In this document: positions 37,640 to 49,700 of the stretch, piece by piece | Layout of the letters: each line of letters opens with the position of its first letter | How positions within the stretch are numbered: position 1 is the stretch's first letter | NCBI GenBank assembly: GCA_963836075.1 | Contig: CAWIIB010000001.1 | Span: 2,144,001 to 2,208,000, forward strand | From: an uncultured Acidobacteriota bacterium | Lineage (GTDB): Bacteria > Acidobacteriota > JAQAZP01 | Length of the DNA: 64,000 bases | Direction of reading: 5' to 3' | Notes under the pieces: generated by a model | What the model was told of the DNA's origin: nothing | The model's input: the letters and a program-made list of their open reading frames with translations, nothing else | The model's database searches: none | Program-made: the position numbers and the translations under genes

Positions 37640-40102
37640 TCAGCTCCGTGAACCGGATCGGCCTTTGGCTACCCTGGCGGCGCTCTTCTTGCCGGCACCG
37701 CCCTTTTTCTTCTTCCCCGCGGCCTTGGCCTGTTTTTTCTCCACCAGCACCCGGGCCAGGACCTCATCCATGGTGGAGACATAGGTGAACCGCAACTCCT
37801 TGAGCAGCTTCCGCGGGATCTCTTTGATCTCGTTCTTGATCGTGGCCGGGACCACCACATCGGTGATCTTGGCCCGGCGGGCGGCCAGCACCTTCTCCTT
37901 GATCCCCCCCACCGGCAGCACGTTGCCGCGCAGGGTGATCTCACCGGTCATGGCCAGCGAGCGGTGCACCGGCCGGCCGCTCAGCGCCGAGACCAGCGAG
38001 GTGGCCAGGGTGATGCCGGCGGAAGGCCCGTCCTTGGGGATCGCGCCCTCGGGGACGTGGATGTGGATGTCGGTCTCGTTGAACCGCTTGGCCGGAATGC
38101 CGAAATCACCGGCCCGGCTGCGGATATAACTCAGTGCCGCATGGGCCGACTCCTTCATCACGTCGCCCAGCTGGCCGGTGAGAATCAGCTGCCCCTTGCC
38201 CGGCATCAGCGTGGTCTCGATGAACAGGATGTCCCCGCCGGCAGCGGTCCAGGCCAGCCCGGTGGCCACACCCACCTGGTCCTTGGCCAGCAGCTCCTCC
38301 TTGAGAATCCGTTTGTGGCCCAGGTATTTGCGCACGCTGCCGCCGGTGACCCGAACGGCGGTCTTCTTGCCCTCGGCCACCTGGCGGGCCACTTTGCGCA
38401 GGATGGCGGCCAGCTCCCGTTCCAGGTTGCGCAGCCCGGCCTCCCGGGTGTAGCCGCGGACGGTCTCCAGGATCGACCCGTCGGTGATGGTGACCTTGCG
38501 GTTGGAGAGCCCGTGGGCCTTGAGCTGCTTGGGGACCAGGTGCCGGCGGGCGATCTCCAGCTTCTCCTCCTCCATGTACCCGGGCAGGTGGATCACCTCC
38601 ATCCGGTCGAGGAAGGCCGGCTGGATGGTGTCCAGCACGTTGGCCGTGGTGATGAACATCACGTTGGACAGGTCGTAGGGCACCGAGAGGTAGTGGTCGC
38701 GGAAGGCGAAGTTCTGCTCCGGGTCGAGCACCTCCAGCAGTGCCGAAGAGGGGTCGCCGCGGTAGTCCGCCCCCACCTTGTCCACCTCGTCGAGCATGAA
38801 CACCGGGTTGGAGGAACCGGCGCTGTGGATGCCCTGGATGATCCGTCCCGGCAACGCCCCGACATAGGTCCGGCGGTGCCCGCGGATCTCGGCCTCGTCA
38901 CGCACCCCGCCCAGGGAGAGGCGGACGAACTTGCGGCCCAGCGCCCGGGCGATGGAGCGGCCCAGCGAGGTCTTGCCCACGCCGGGAGGCCCGACAAAGC
39001 AGAGGATCGGCCCCTTCATCTTCTTCTTCAGCTTGCGCACCGCCAGATACTCGATGATCCGTTCCTTGACCTTGTCCAGCCCGTAGTGGTCCTCGTCGAG
39101 AATCTGCTGCGCCTTCTTCAGCTTCAGATTGTCCCGGGTCTGCTTGGCCCAGGGGAGTTCCACCATCCAGTCGAGGTAGTTGCGCAGGGTGGCCGTCTCG
39201 GCCGAGTCGGGGTGCATCCGCTCCAGCTTGCGGATCTGCTTCTCCACCTCTTCCAGCGTCTCGGCGGGCATCCCCACCTCGATGGCCTTGCGCCGCAGGC
39301 TCTCGATCTCCTCGGCCGCTTCGTTGCCTTCGCCCAGCTCGGCCTGGATGGCCTTCAACTGCTGGCGCAGGAAGTACTCGCGCTGGGAACGGTCGATCTC
39401 CCCCCGGGCCTGGGTGTTGATCTCCTGCTGCATGGCCAGCACCTTCAGCTCCTTGCCCAGCAGGTTGTTGACGCTGTGCAGGCGCTCCACCGGATCGACG
39501 ATTTCGAGGATCTGCTGCCCCTCGGAAATCCTCAGCTCCAGATTGGAGGCCGCCAGGTCGGAGAGCCGGCCCAGATCGTTGAGGTTGGAGGCGATGACCA
39601 TCACTTCGGGGGAGATGGCCTTGCCCAGGGAGATGGCCTTTTCCAGCGAGGACTTCACGTTGCGCATCAGCGCTTCCATCTCCAGGGTCACACCCTCGAT
39701 CACCGGCTCGGGGACCTGCTCCACATGGGCCTGGAAGAAGGGCTCGGTCTGGATGAAGCGCTTGACCCTCACCCGGCTCAGGCCCTGGACCAGCACCCGG
39801 ATCCGCCCGTCGGGGAGTTTGAGCATCCGCATGATCACCGCCGCCGTGCCGAAGATATAGAGGTCATCGGGGTCGGGGGTTTCGATCTCCTGCTGCTTCT
39901 GGGAGAGGAGCAGGATCAGCCGGTTCTCGGTCAGGGCCGCGTCCACGGCCTGGATCGACTTGTCCCGGCTCACCGACAGCGGGACGATGATGTAGGGATA
40001 GATGACGATGTCGCGGAGCGGCAGCACCGGCAGAACGTCCGGGATGCGTATGGTCTCCTCCTCGTTATCGTCGAATTGCTGATCAACCGGGTCCGATTTC
40101 AT
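37640..40102 (-). CDS. lon: Endopeptidase La
   Basis: 'LPVLPLRD', 'GPPGVGKTS', '[13 protein letters not shown]', 'PKDGPSAG', 'VGGIKEK'. Confidence 0.97.
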   Translation of the reverse strand: MKSDPVDQQFDDNEEETIRIPDVLPVLPLRDIVIYPYIIVPLSVSRDKSIQAVDAALTENRLILLLSQKQQEIETPDPDDLYIFGTAAVIMRMLKLPDGRIRVLVQGLSRVRVKRFIQTEPFFQAHVEQVPEPVIEGVTLEMEALMRNVKSSLEKAISLGKAISPEVMVIASNLNDLGRLSDLAASNLELRISEGQQILEIVDPVERLHSVNNLLGKELKVLAMQQEINTQARGEIDRSQREYFLRQQLKAIQAELGEGNEAAEEIESLRRKAIEVGMPAETLEEVEKQIRKLERMHPDSAETATLRNYLDWMVELPWAKQTRDNLKLKKAQQILDEDHYGLDKVKERIIEYLAVRKLKKKMKGPILCFVGPPGVGKTSLGRSIARALGRKFVRLSLGGVRDEAEIRGHRRTYVGALPGRIIQGIHSAGSSNPVFMLDEVDKVGADYRGDPSSALLEVLDPEQNFAFRDHYLSVPYDLSNVMFITTANVLDTIQPAFLDRMEVIHLPGYMEEEKLEIARRHLVPKQLKAHGLSNRKVTITDGSILETVRGYTREAGLRNLERELAAILRKVARQVAEGKKTAVRVTGGSVRKYLGHKRILKEELLAKDQVGVATGLAWTAAGGDILFIETTLMPGKGQLILTGQLGDVMKESAHAALSYIRSRAGDFGIPAKRFNETDIHIHVPEGAIPKDGPSAGITLATSLVSALSGRPVHRSLAMTGEITLRGNVLPVGGIKEKVLAARRAKITDVVVPATIKNEIKEIPRKLLKELRFTYVSTMDEVLARVLVEKKQAKAAGKKKKGGAGKKSAARVAKGRSGSRS

Positions 40103-40148
40103 TGCTCGTCTCCCTTTATCTCCCAATCCCGTGTCATTCCGGGGGTTG

Positions 40149-40607
40149 TCATTTCCGTTGTTTGAGCAGATCTTTCAGTTCATCGACAAACTCGTTCACG
40201 TCCTCGAACCGGCGGTAGACCGAGGCGAATCTCACGTAGGCCACCTTGTCCAGATCCCGGAGCGATTCCATCACGTGACGGCCCACCTCCTCGGTGGCGA
40301 TCTCCCGGTCGGGGTTGTCCTGCAGCATGGTCTCGATCTCGTCGATGATCCCCTCCAGGGCCTTGAGCTGGATCGGCCGCTTCTCGCAGGCTTTTCTCAC
40401 CCCGGAGAGGAGTTTGTGCCGGTCAAAGGGCTCCCGGGTCCCGTCACGCTTGACCACCATCAGGGTGATCTCCTCGATCCGTTCGTACGAGGTAAAGCGC
40501 CGGCCGCACTGCAGGCATTCGCGCCGCCGCCGGATCACCGTCCCCTCCTTCGCCTCGCGGGAATCCACCACCCGGTCTTCGCCAAAATTGCAGAACGGAC
40601 ATTTCAT
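40149..40607 (-). CDS. nrdR: Transcriptional repressor NrdR
   Basis: 'MKCPFC...VVDSR...[16 protein letters not shown]', ATP cone, '[10 protein letters not shown]'. Confidence 0.97.
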   Translation of the reverse strand: MKCPFCNFGEDRVVDSREAKEGTVIRRRRECLQCGRRFTSYERIEEITLMVVKRDGTREPFDRHKLLSGVRKACEKRPIQLKALEGIIDEIETMLQDNPDREIATEEVGRHVMESLRDLDKVAYVRFASVYRRFEDVNEFVDELKDLLKQRK

Positions 40608-40627
40608 CGGTTCTCCTCCAGCGGCAT

Positions 40628-41686
40628 TCAGGGGGGACCCTGAGCGTCTCTCGCAACGGCGGGGGCGCCCGAGTGGTCACCGGCGATGCTCTTCATCGCT
40701 CCCAGTGACAACCCCTCCTTCCAGGCATATCCGGCGCCCACCAGGGTCACCGGCAGGAAGGCCATGACGTGACTGACCAGTATGGCCGCCACGGCCGTGC
40801 TCTCATCGATTGAAAAAATGTAGACCAGGCACGCCTTGAAGGCCATGTGGTATCCGCCCACGCCACCCGGCGTGGGCAGGGAAACACCCACCGCCACCAT
40901 GATCACCACGGCAAAAGTGCTGGTGAAGGGCAACACGATCCCGAACCCCAGCAGGGTGAGCCAGATGCTGAGAGTGATCATCAGCCAGCAGAAAAGGGAC
41001 CAGAACCCCACGGGCAGCAGCAGGGCCGGCCGGGAGAGAACGGTGAAGCCCTCCACAAAGGAAGCCACGATCCCGGCGAGCTTGTTGCGCCAGCGCTCGC
41101 CGAGGAAGAAGAAGACGGCTGCGGTCCACCTCGGCGCCAGGTGAGGTTTGAGGATCAGTAGGAACATCACCGCCAGCATGACGAAGATCACCGGCGCTCC
41201 GTAGACCGAGCCGGCTTTGACCATGGCGATGAATTCGCCGCCTTGCGCCGAAACATTCTCGGGGAAGCGGAAGAAGATCAGGAAGAAGGCGAAGAGCACC
41301 AGGATGGTCAGCGCGTCGAGAATCCGTTCCACCACCACCGTGGCGAAGACCGCGCTGGTCTTCATCCCCTCCCGCCGGGCCAGGACCCAGGCCCTGATGA
41401 ATTCGCCCACCCGGCCGGGGAGCAGGGAGATGGTCATGAAGCCGATACAGATCGCGGCAAAGAGCGTGTGGACCCCCACCAGCCGGAGCGGCCGCAGGAG
41501 GTATCTCCAGCGCACGGCCCGGACAAGGAAGGTGGACATGTTGGCCAGGGCGCCCAAAAGAATCAGCCACGGATTGGCGCTCTTCAGGGCCTGAACAATC
41601 TCCGGCCAGCGGATACCGCGGAGAAAGAGGGCCAAAAGGAGCAGCCCGACAAGGATTCCCAAGGCAAACTTCGCCTTTTCTTTCAT
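40628..41686 (-). CDS. Lysylphosphatidylglycerol synthase TM (YbhN/flippase-like) protein
   Basis: 'RAVRWRYLL', '[10 protein letters not shown]', 'VVERILD', '[10 protein letters not shown]'. Confidence 0.85.
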   Translation of the reverse strand: MKEKAKFALGILVGLLLLALFLRGIRWPEIVQALKSANPWLILLGALANMSTFLVRAVRWRYLLRPLRLVGVHTLFAAICIGFMTISLLPGRVGEFIRAWVLARREGMKTSAVFATVVVERILDALTILVLFAFFLIFFRFPENVSAQGGEFIAMVKAGSVYGAPVIFVMLAVMFLLILKPHLAPRWTAAVFFFLGERWRNKLAGIVASFVEGFTVLSRPALLLPVGFWSLFCWLMITLSIWLTLLGFGIVLPFTSTFAVVIMVAVGVSLPTPGGVGGYHMAFKACLVYIFSIDESTAVAAILVSHVMAFLPVTLVGAGYAWKEGLSLGAMKSIAGDHSGAPAVARDAQGPP

Positions 41687-41901
41687 AAAACCACACCATA
41701 ATCTGAATAATTAGAGCAATCGACCCATTTTCCCATTGCTGATCGACCCCAAACTTACTCAAGATGAGGGGTAATCGTCAAGTTTATCCGGAAAGTCCGC
41801 TGAAATATTCTTCTGATCGGGGACTGTTTCCCCACTCCCCCCCCCCGTGAACTGTCATTCTTGCTTTTCACCCACCGTTCTGAAAAAATGGGCCGGTTCG
41901 C

Positions 41902-41926
41902 GAACTTTTACGGTTTGAGTAACGTC
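41902..41926 (+). promoter_or_regulatory. Putative ECF-type autoregulatory promoter
   Basis: GAACTT...CGTC with AAC-17 nt-CGT spacing, just upstream of the sigma gene start. Confidence 0.45.
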
Positions 41927-41942
41927 AGTCACGGTGCAGGCG

Positions 41943-42527
41943 ATGAGCAATCGGTCCAAACTGTTGTCCGGCAAGGACGATGCCCAATTGGTGGCCAGTT
42001 GCCTCGTCAGCCAGGAGGGCGCGTGGGACGAACTGTATGCCCGCTACCGCAGGAAGGTGTTCAACATCGCCTTCCAGTTCGTGGGCAAGTTCGACGAGGC
42101 CGAGGATCTGACCCAGGAAATCTTCATCAAGGTCTTCCGGGCTCTGGATCGATTCGACGCGGAAGGGAATTTTCAGCAATGGTTGATCCGCATCAGCAAA
42201 AACCACTCCATCGATCACTACCGCCGACGGCGGAAGGACCGGGAGCTGTTGCTGGAGGGCAGCCTGCAGCTGGAGATGACGCCTTCGAAGACACGAAACC
42301 CGTATCGGTCCCTGGAGCTCAACGAACGGGCCGAGATGTTCAAAAAGGCGCTGACCCATTTACCGGCCATACTGAAAACCTGCCTTACCATGCGCGAGCT
42401 GGAAGGCCTCAGTTACCAGGAGATCGCCGCCCGTCTTGACGTGCCGGAAGGCACGGTCAAATCACGAATAAATCGTGCGCGGAGTGAAATGAACCGCCTG
42501 GTGGGAAAGATGAGGCGGGGCGGTTGA
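41943..42527 (+). CDS. ECF RNA polymerase sigma factor (SigW/RpoE-like)
   Basis: 'AEDLTQEIFIKVF', 'FQQWLIRIS', 'EGLSYQEIA...GTVKSRINRAR'; start may be GTG 41934. Confidence 0.93.
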   Translation: MSNRSKLLSGKDDAQLVASCLVSQEGAWDELYARYRRKVFNIAFQFVGKFDEAEDLTQEIFIKVFRALDRFDAEGNFQQWLIRISKNHSIDHYRRRRKDRELLLEGSLQLEMTPSKTRNPYRSLELNERAEMFKKALTHLPAILKTCLTMRELEGLSYQEIAARLDVPEGTVKSRINRARSEMNRLVGKMRRGG

Positions 42528-42546
42528 AACAGGAAAGATACAGACC

Positions 42547-44172
42547 ATGGGAAACAAATCCGACAGCAGGGTGGAATCACTGGTCCTCGGGTTTATCCTC
42601 ATCCTGCTCGGCTCGCTCTTTCTGCTGCACAACTTCACTCCGGTAAACGTCTTCCCGCACATCTGGAAACTCTGGCCCCTGGTGCTGATCATCCTCGGCG
42701 GTTCCCACCTGGTCCGCTGGCTCAACCGTACCGGCAGGCTGAACATCGGCGGCCGGTCATCGGCACCGGCCCAGGCGCAACCCCGCAGGCACCGGGGCAA
42801 GGAACTGGTGCTGGTGGTGGTGGTCATCCTTGTCGGACTGCTGATCAGCAGCCAGGGCGGTCGCGATGACTCCCCGTTCCCCGCATTCTCCAGTTCCCGT
42901 GCCGGCCACACCGCCGACAAGCTCCTCGAACAGCCGCTGGATCTCGAAGATGGCGAGCTGCTCAAGCTGACCAACGAATTCGGGTCGGTTACCGTGCATG
43001 CGGACGACCGCGAACCGCGGCTGGAGTGCCGCCTGACCCTCACCGCCGACTCGCTCGATTCAGCCGAGGCCCGTCTGGAGGAAACCGCGCTGACCATGAC
43101 CCGGGGTGAGGGAACCCTGGATATCAGGTGCCGGCCGCCGCAGAACGTGCAGGAAGGCATTGAACTGGAGGCGGACATGGAGCTGCGGGTGCCCCCCGGC
43201 ACCGCCCTGCTGCTGGACAGCCGCAATGGCGACGTGCTGGTCATCGGGCTTCAGGGCGACGTCCGGATCCAGGCCGCGGACAAAGATGTCACCGTGCGGG
43301 AGAGCGGGGGCCTGGTTTCCGTGACCACCGGCGGGGGCGACATCCACCTGGAGGAGATCGCCGGCCCGGTGGCCGCCGTCAGCCGCAGCGGCGACATCGA
43401 GGCGCTGGAGTGCCGCAGCGACCTGGTGGTGAAGAGCGCCGGCGGAACAGTCACCGGCAGTTCCGTCGAGGGCCGGATATTCATCGAACTGCATGACGGC
43501 AAACTGGTGCTCAGCGAGACCCGGGGCCCGGTGGAACTGGTCATCGAGGAGGCCAAGGCGAAGATCGGGGAGGTCTCCGGCCCGCTCAGCGTCAGGGGAC
43601 AGGACTGCGGGCTCTCACTGACCAACTGCTACAGCACGGTGTCGCTGGAGGGTGACCTGCTCAACGTGGAAACGGTGAACATCCGTCGGGACCTGACCAT
43701 CCACTGCACCAACTCCACCATCAACCTGAACAACACCCTGGGTGACCTGGAAGCAAGGCTGGAGTACGGTTCGCTCACCAGCAGCGGCAAGCTCTACCGC
43801 AGCCGGATCGAGGGCAGCTTCACTCCGATCATCATCGGCAGCTGTGAAGGCCTGCTGGAGATCCAGTCCCGGCAGGGGGATGTCACCCTCCACCAGCCGG
43901 GCGCCAGCAGCGAGAGCCGGGTGTCGGTCACCGCCTCCGGCGGCAACATCCTTCTCCAGCTGGACCCCGAGCAGTGCGAGTACAACCTGATCATGACCGC
44001 CATTTCCGGCACGATCACCTCGATGATCACCGGGCTGGAGATCACCACCCTCGATCCTCCCCGCAGTGACGGCGAGGAGACCATCCGCGGCGTGGCGCGC
44101 TGCGGCTCGGGGGAGCAGCTGATCGAACTGCGGACCGAATACGCCGACATCCGGCTGGAACCCGTCCGCTGA
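42547..44172 (+). CDS. LiaF-TM (DUF5668)-like N-terminus plus DUF4097 beta-repeat protein
   Basis: 'GFILILLGSLFLLHN...KLWPLVLIILG'; repeated 'xxxGDVxx' beta motifs. Confidence 0.75.
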   Translation: MGNKSDSRVESLVLGFILILLGSLFLLHNFTPVNVFPHIWKLWPLVLIILGGSHLVRWLNRTGRLNIGGRSSAPAQAQPRRHRGKELVLVVVVILVGLLISSQGGRDDSPFPAFSSSRAGHTADKLLEQPLDLEDGELLKLTNEFGSVTVHADDREPRLECRLTLTADSLDSAEARLEETALTMTRGEGTLDIRCRPPQNVQEGIELEADMELRVPPGTALLLDSRNGDVLVIGLQGDVRIQAADKDVTVRESGGLVSVTTGGGDIHLEEIAGPVAAVSRSGDIEALECRSDLVVKSAGGTVTGSSVEGRIFIELHDGKLVLSETRGPVELVIEEAKAKIGEVSGPLSVRGQDCGLSLTNCYSTVSLEGDLLNVETVNIRRDLTIHCTNSTINLNNTLGDLEARLEYGSLTSSGKLYRSRIEGSFTPIIIGSCEGLLEIQSRQGDVTLHQPGASSESRVSVTASGGNILLQLDPEQCEYNLIMTAISGTITSMITGLEITTLDPPRSDGEETIRGVARCGSGEQLIELRTEYADIRLEPVR

Positions 44173-44268
44173 GCATGGTGCCCATCCTTGGACAGACCGG
44201 AGAATATGTAATAAAATCACTTACGTTTCAACCGAAAGCCAACCTTGCCAAACAGAGGAGGATTTCCG

Positions 44269-44706
44269 ATGACTGAAGAAAGCACCAACAGTGCCGAGAC
44301 TGCCCCCCCCGTCGGTGGTGGCGAGACCGCCCCTCCCGCTGGTGGCGGCGCTGACCCGAACAATCCGTACGGCTACCCCATGGAGGATGTGGAGGAAGGT
44401 AAGCTGTTCGCCATCCTCAGCTACATCATCCCCATCGTGTTCATCGTTCCCCTGATCCAGAAGGACAACCACTTCTCGCTGTTCCATGCCAAGCAGGTTC
44501 TGCTGCTGGTGCTCGCTTGCGTGGCCGTCTCGATCCTGACCGCGGTGCCGGTGGTGGGCTGCATCACCGTGTTTCTGTTCCTGCCCATCCTGGTCTTCGT
44601 GATCATCGGGTTGGTCTATGCCATCCAGGGTCAGTACAAACCGCTGCCCCTCATCGGCCAGTATGCCGAAGAGTGGTTCAACAGCGTGAAGGTGGAACAG
44701 AAGTAA
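44269..44706 (+). CDS. DUF4870-like membrane protein
   Basis: GAGGAG RBS; 'KLFAILSY...FHAKQ...AIQGQYKPLPLIG'. Confidence 0.8.
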   Translation: MTEESTNSAETAPPVGGGETAPPAGGGADPNNPYGYPMEDVEEGKLFAILSYIIPIVFIVPLIQKDNHFSLFHAKQVLLLVLACVAVSILTAVPVVGCITVFLFLPILVFVIIGLVYAIQGQYKPLPLIGQYAEEWFNSVKVEQK

Positions 44707-44743
44707 ACGGAACCGGGAAGTCCGGCGATGGCGGACCTTCGTG

Positions 44744-45304
44744 ATGTCTTTTGGGGAATACATCCTGCAGGGCTTCGATATCCTGCAGATCAAGCCGAAG
44801 GCAATCCGGGAGGCCGCCGCTGACCTGCCGGCGCTGAACACCGGTCTGGCCTTCATCGTCATCGCCGGCGCGGCCGTGGCACTGGGCAGCTGGATGCTGC
44901 CCGGCCTGATCCTCTTCCCCCTGATCTTCCTGGTGCGGGCGCTGATTCACTCCGCCATCGTCCACTTCCTGGCCACCAGGGGGTTTGGCGGCCAGGGAAC
45001 ATACGGCGGGTTCTTCCGGCCCATGTCCCTGGCCTACCTGCTGGACTGGCTGATGGTGGTGGGGCTGCTGATCAACGTCATCCCCCTGCTGGGCCCCGCG
45101 ATGATGATCCTGCTGGGCCTGACGGTCACCCTCTGGAAACTGGTGGTGGACACGGTGATCATCGAGACGGTCTACGGCCTGAACCGCAGCAGGGCCATCG
45201 CCGTGATGGGCATCGCCGTGGCTCTCTTCATCGCCTTTTTCTTCCTGGCCAGCCTGTTCTCCGGCGCGGCGGTACTGAGCAGCTGGCTGGTCACCAGACC
45301 CTGA
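44744..45304 (+). CDS. YIP1-like multi-pass membrane protein
   Basis: Five hydrophobic segments; 'GFGGQGTY', 'VYGLNRSRAI'. Confidence 0.65.
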   Translation: MSFGEYILQGFDILQIKPKAIREAAADLPALNTGLAFIVIAGAAVALGSWMLPGLILFPLIFLVRALIHSAIVHFLATRGFGGQGTYGGFFRPMSLAYLLDWLMVVGLLINVIPLLGPAMMILLGLTVTLWKLVVDTVIIETVYGLNRSRAIAVMGIAVALFIAFFFLASLFSGAAVLSSWLVTRP

Positions 45305-45346
45305 CCGGACAGTGCGGCCCTTCACTTCCTTCTGGGATGGTAGCTG

Positions 45347-46771
45347 ATGACCAGTTCTGAACCAGCGGCCAACACCCTGCACATCCATATCCTCGCCGTC
45401 TGCGGAACAGGAACCGCCTCGCTGGCCGGCTGTCTCGCCGCACAGGGGCACCGGGTCAGCGGCAGCGACCTGTACTTCCATCCGCCCATGGGTCCGCTGC
45501 TCCGGCAGGCCGGAGTGGAGACCCGCCAGGGGTTCGACCCGCAGCACCTCGACCCGCTGCCCGATCTGGTGGTCATCGGCAACGCCATCCACCGCGACAA
45601 CCCCGAGGCACTGGCCGCCATGGAACTGGGAATTCCCTTCCTCTCCTTTCCCCAGGCGGTGCGCCGGTTCCTGCTCAGCGGCCGGCACCCGGTGGTGGTG
45701 GCGGGCACCCACGGCAAGACCAGCACCACGGCCACCGCGGCCTGGCTTCTGGAGGCCGCCGGCCTGGAGCCCGGGTTTCTGGTGGGCGGGGTGCTGAACA
45801 ATTTCCAGCGCAGTTACGGCCTGGGGGCGGGCGCTCCCTTTGCCGTGGAAGGTGACGAATACGAAACCGCCTTCTTTGACAAGGTGCCCAAATTTCTGCA
45901 CTACGCACCCCGCACCCTGGTGCTCACCGGGGTGGAATACGACCATGCCGACAATTTCAGCGGCATCGAGCAGCTGCAGAGCGCGTTTCTCAACCTGACG
46001 GCGCTGCTTCCTCTGGACGGCCACCTGGTCTTCAACGCGGCGGACCCGTTTCTGTGCCGTCTGGCCCGCCGGTTCCCGGGCCGCCGTACCGGGTATGGCC
46101 TCGATCCCTCCGCGGACGTGGGCGCCACCGACGTGACCGCGGCACCCGAGGGGATGCGGTTCACCTTCCGCACCCCCGGCGCCGGACCGCTTCCCGCCCT
46201 GCTCTCGCGCTGGGGCCGCTACAACCTGGACAACGCCCTGGCCGCCGCGGCGGTGGCCCTGGAGTTCGGAGCGGATCCGGAGACGGTGGCAAGCGCCATG
46301 GCCGGCTTTCAGGGGGTGCGGCGGCGGCAGGAGATCGTCGGCCAGGCTGGCGGGGTCACGGTGATCGACGACTTCGCCCACCACCCCACCGCCGTCCGTC
46401 TGACTCTCCAAGCCGTGGCCGACGCTCACCCGGGCCGGCGGGTCTGGGCTGTTTTCGAGCCGCGTTCCTTCACCACCCAGACCAGGCTGTTCCAGGACCA
46501 GTTCGCCACCTCCTTCGGCAACGCCCACCAGGTGGTGATGGCCCCGCTGCCCAAAACCACCAAAGTTCCGCCGGAGGACCGTCTCGACCGCCAGTTGTTG
46601 AGCCGGCAGCTTGCCGGGGCCGGTATCACCGCCCACATCCCGGAGGAGGCGGAGGAGATTCCCGCTCTTGTGGCCGGCGGCGCGCACAACGGCGATGTGG
46701 TGCTGGTGATGTCATCAGGCGACTTCGGCGGCATGCCGAAGCTGATCCTCGATCGTCTCGCCGGGGACTGA
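45347..46771 (+). CDS. mpl: UDP-MurNAc:tripeptide ligase (murein peptide ligase)
   Basis: 'HIHILAVCGTG', 'AGTHGKTST', 'EGDEYETAFFDK', 'EYDHAD', 'DDFAHHPTA', 'FEPRS', 'MSSGDFGG'. Confidence 0.88.
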   Translation: MTSSEPAANTLHIHILAVCGTGTASLAGCLAAQGHRVSGSDLYFHPPMGPLLRQAGVETRQGFDPQHLDPLPDLVVIGNAIHRDNPEALAAMELGIPFLSFPQAVRRFLLSGRHPVVVAGTHGKTSTTATAAWLLEAAGLEPGFLVGGVLNNFQRSYGLGAGAPFAVEGDEYETAFFDKVPKFLHYAPRTLVLTGVEYDHADNFSGIEQLQSAFLNLTALLPLDGHLVFNAADPFLCRLARRFPGRRTGYGLDPSADVGATDVTAAPEGMRFTFRTPGAGPLPALLSRWGRYNLDNALAAAAVALEFGADPETVASAMAGFQGVRRRQEIVGQAGGVTVIDDFAHHPTAVRLTLQAVADAHPGRRVWAVFEPRSFTTQTRLFQDQFATSFGNAHQVVMAPLPKTTKVPPEDRLDRQLLSRQLAGAGITAHIPEEAEEIPALVAGGAHNGDVVLVMSSGDFGGMPKLILDRLAGD

Positions 46772-46794
46772 GCAACAGCGCTTCAAGGAAGTGA

Positions 46795-49700
46795 CTACTG
46801 CGGGTGCTGAATCTGGTGCTGGTTTTGCACCTCGAACTGCGCGGCGGCCAGCTCGACCCCGCCCGCCGCGTCTCTGAGAACCAGTTGGAAGATGACCCCG
46901 CTGCGGAACTGGGGGATGTCGGGGATGTCGCAGGCCAGGTCGAAGTGCGTTGTCTGGCCCGGCCGCAGTACCAGCGTGCCGCTGGCGACGTCGTGGGCGG
47001 CGCTCCCGTGCGGTGGCGCCCCGGCCGCGGTCAGTTCGGCCTGCACCGTGGCATCCCCGGCTCTGAGGTTGGTCAGGGCCACGTCCAGGGCCACGGTGCA
47101 GGGGAAGGCGGCCGCGGCGGGCTGGGCCTGGATCGAAGCGCTGAGCCCCGGCAGGATTTCCAGCAGCAGTTCGCCGGAGTCCCAGCGGCCGGCGGCATCG
47201 GTGGCCGACAGGTCCAGCGGCCACGACCCGAGGGACGCGGGCGTTCCCTGGAGCAGACCGGTCTGGGAGAGCGACAGGCCGGGGGGCAGAAACCCGCCGG
47301 AGAGGAACCAGCGATACGGGGGCTCTCCCCCGGTGACCGCCAGCTGAAGCGACAACTCCTCACCGATCCAGTTCTCCTGCAGCAGTTCCAGTTGGGCATC
47401 CAGGGGGGCCGGGGCACTGTTCACCTGGCCCGGTGAACCCTGCTGGGCGCTGAAATCACAACCCCGGTCGGTATCCGAGCTGCCCTGGTCTCGTCCCAGG
47501 CCGTAAGACTCCGAGTCGACCACCGGGTTCGGCCCGTACCATCCGGTTCCCGCGGGAGGCCGGTTGAGGCTGCTGCCGGTAGCCCCGTCCCAGCGGACAA
47601 AGTCCCGTCCGGCGAGCGCGGCGTCCGCCAGGGCGATGGAGCCGTAGCTCCCTGCACCCCAGCCAAAGAACTGGTCCAGGTGGAGCTCGGCGGGACTGTT
47701 CTCCCCCGGTGTCCCCAGGTCGTAGATCGTGAGAAAGGCCCCGGGACCGATGAAGGCCGGCGGGAGCACCACGGTCACCATACTGCTACCCGCACCCAGC
47801 CGGAGTTCCCAACCGGTGAGATCCACGGTCACGATGCCGCTGTTTCGCAGTTCGACCCAGTTCTCCAGAACGTTCAGTTCGTTGATCACCACCGCGCTGC
47901 GGGCCGGGTCCACCTGGAGCGCCGCGGGCAATACCGTCTCGGCCCCGTCGGGGCCGCGGAGCAGCAGATCGTGGCTGCCGGGGGCCGCCTGGGGGGATGT
48001 GCGGACCAGCAGCACCGCGGTGGAGCGGTCCACCACATCCACCCGCCGGCAGGTGATCTCCGGCGAGGAGAACCGGGCGGCGAGCCCGGGCACGAACCCG
48101 TCGCCGCTGAGGGTCAGCGGGCGGGTGACGTCGAGGCCCAGCAGTGCGGGCGACAGCGCAGCCGCGGAGGGCACGGTTACCGGGATCACCGTGGCCTGCA
48201 GATCATATGATCCGTAGTCGCCCTGCCGGCAGTCGTTGACCAGGTTCAACAGATAGCGTCCGTCAGCCGGAGCGATCCAGGCCCGGCGGGGGCCGCAGCC
48301 GAAACTCCCGTCACAGCCCTCGCTGAACAGCGCGGTGATACCGTCCGGGGCCAAAAGCGTCATGCTGGCCGCCGCGCCCGAGCAGCGGTTGAACACTTCC
48401 AGGTCGTATCGTTGCCCGGCCTGGGCCTGCACATAGAGCCAGTCCTGGTCGCCGGCAGGATAGAACGAGTGGTGGTGCAGACCGCTGCCCGGTTTCCAGT
48501 TGGGCCCGGCGGCGGTGGGGGCCACCGAATCAAAATCGCCGCCCTGGTCCGCATCGCTGCCCGCGGAGTCGCGGCCGAGGTTCATACCCTGGAAGGGAAT
48601 GTCCGGATCGCTGCCGGACCAGGCGGTTCCCGCGGGCGGCGGTTCCGACGCCCCGCCCCAGCGGCAAAAGTCGATGCCGGCGCCGGCGCTGTCCAGCAGG
48701 GCGCAGTATCCGGCGCCGCTGGTGGTCCAGGGGATGTTGGTCCCGGGAAGGAAAATGCGGTCTGTGCCGTCCGAACCGCTGCCCTCGAACAGTGCCAGAA
48801 AGTGGTGCGGATAGAGAGTACAGGAGGGCAGGATGATCTCGGTCACCGGCCCGCCGCTGCGGCCAGCCCGCACCGTCCACCCCTCGAGATCCACCGCCGT
48901 GCCGCCTCCGTTATACAGTTCGAGCCAGTCCACAGCGCCGAGGCCCATCTCGTTGACCACCACCCGCGCCTCGAGCTGGGGATCGGCCGGCCCCAGTTCC
49001 GTGGCGCCAGTGACCTTGTTGTCCAGCGGCTCCCCGGTGTCGGCCATGTATTCCATACCCAGGACGCTGAAGATCTCCTGGGCTCCGGACAACTGCTCCT
49101 GCCCCGTGGCAACCCAGCCGTTCCAGAACGATTCCATGGTGGCCTCACCCGCGGCGGGAAGATATTCGGACATCACGGTCCAGACACGGAGGTCGTGGCC
49201 GGAAAGGGAATCGTCATCCAGCTGGAAGTACCCGCCCTGCCGGCGGGAGCGGTCCAGCAGGTCCCAGAAACAGGCGCCCACCGCCAGCTCGTTGAAAGAG
49301 CCGAACACCGGCAGTGACGGCCCCTCCAGCTCAAAGGAAAAATCGAGATTGCCGGCCCCGGCCCCCCCGGTGGTCCGGACAAAGATCGATGCCCCGGGCT
49401 CCTGGTGGTGGAGCCGGACAGCCGAGGCGAAGAAGGTGGCCCAGCCCTCCGAGAAGGCGAGGCGGCGGTCCTGGTTCATGTCGGTGATGAAATGTGCGCC
49501 CCCCGGGTTCTGGCAGAGGGCGAAGGCGCTCTGGACATAGTGGCCGGTCTCGTGGAGGATCACCGAGTCATCGTAGCCCGCGCTGTCGGCCATGATCACC
49601 TGCCGGTAGACGTCGTCGTACCAGCTGGAGGCTTCACCGGCGCCGTCGCGCCAGAAGAGGGTCAGATTCCAGGCCGGGCCGGGATAGCTGCCGGAGAGGT

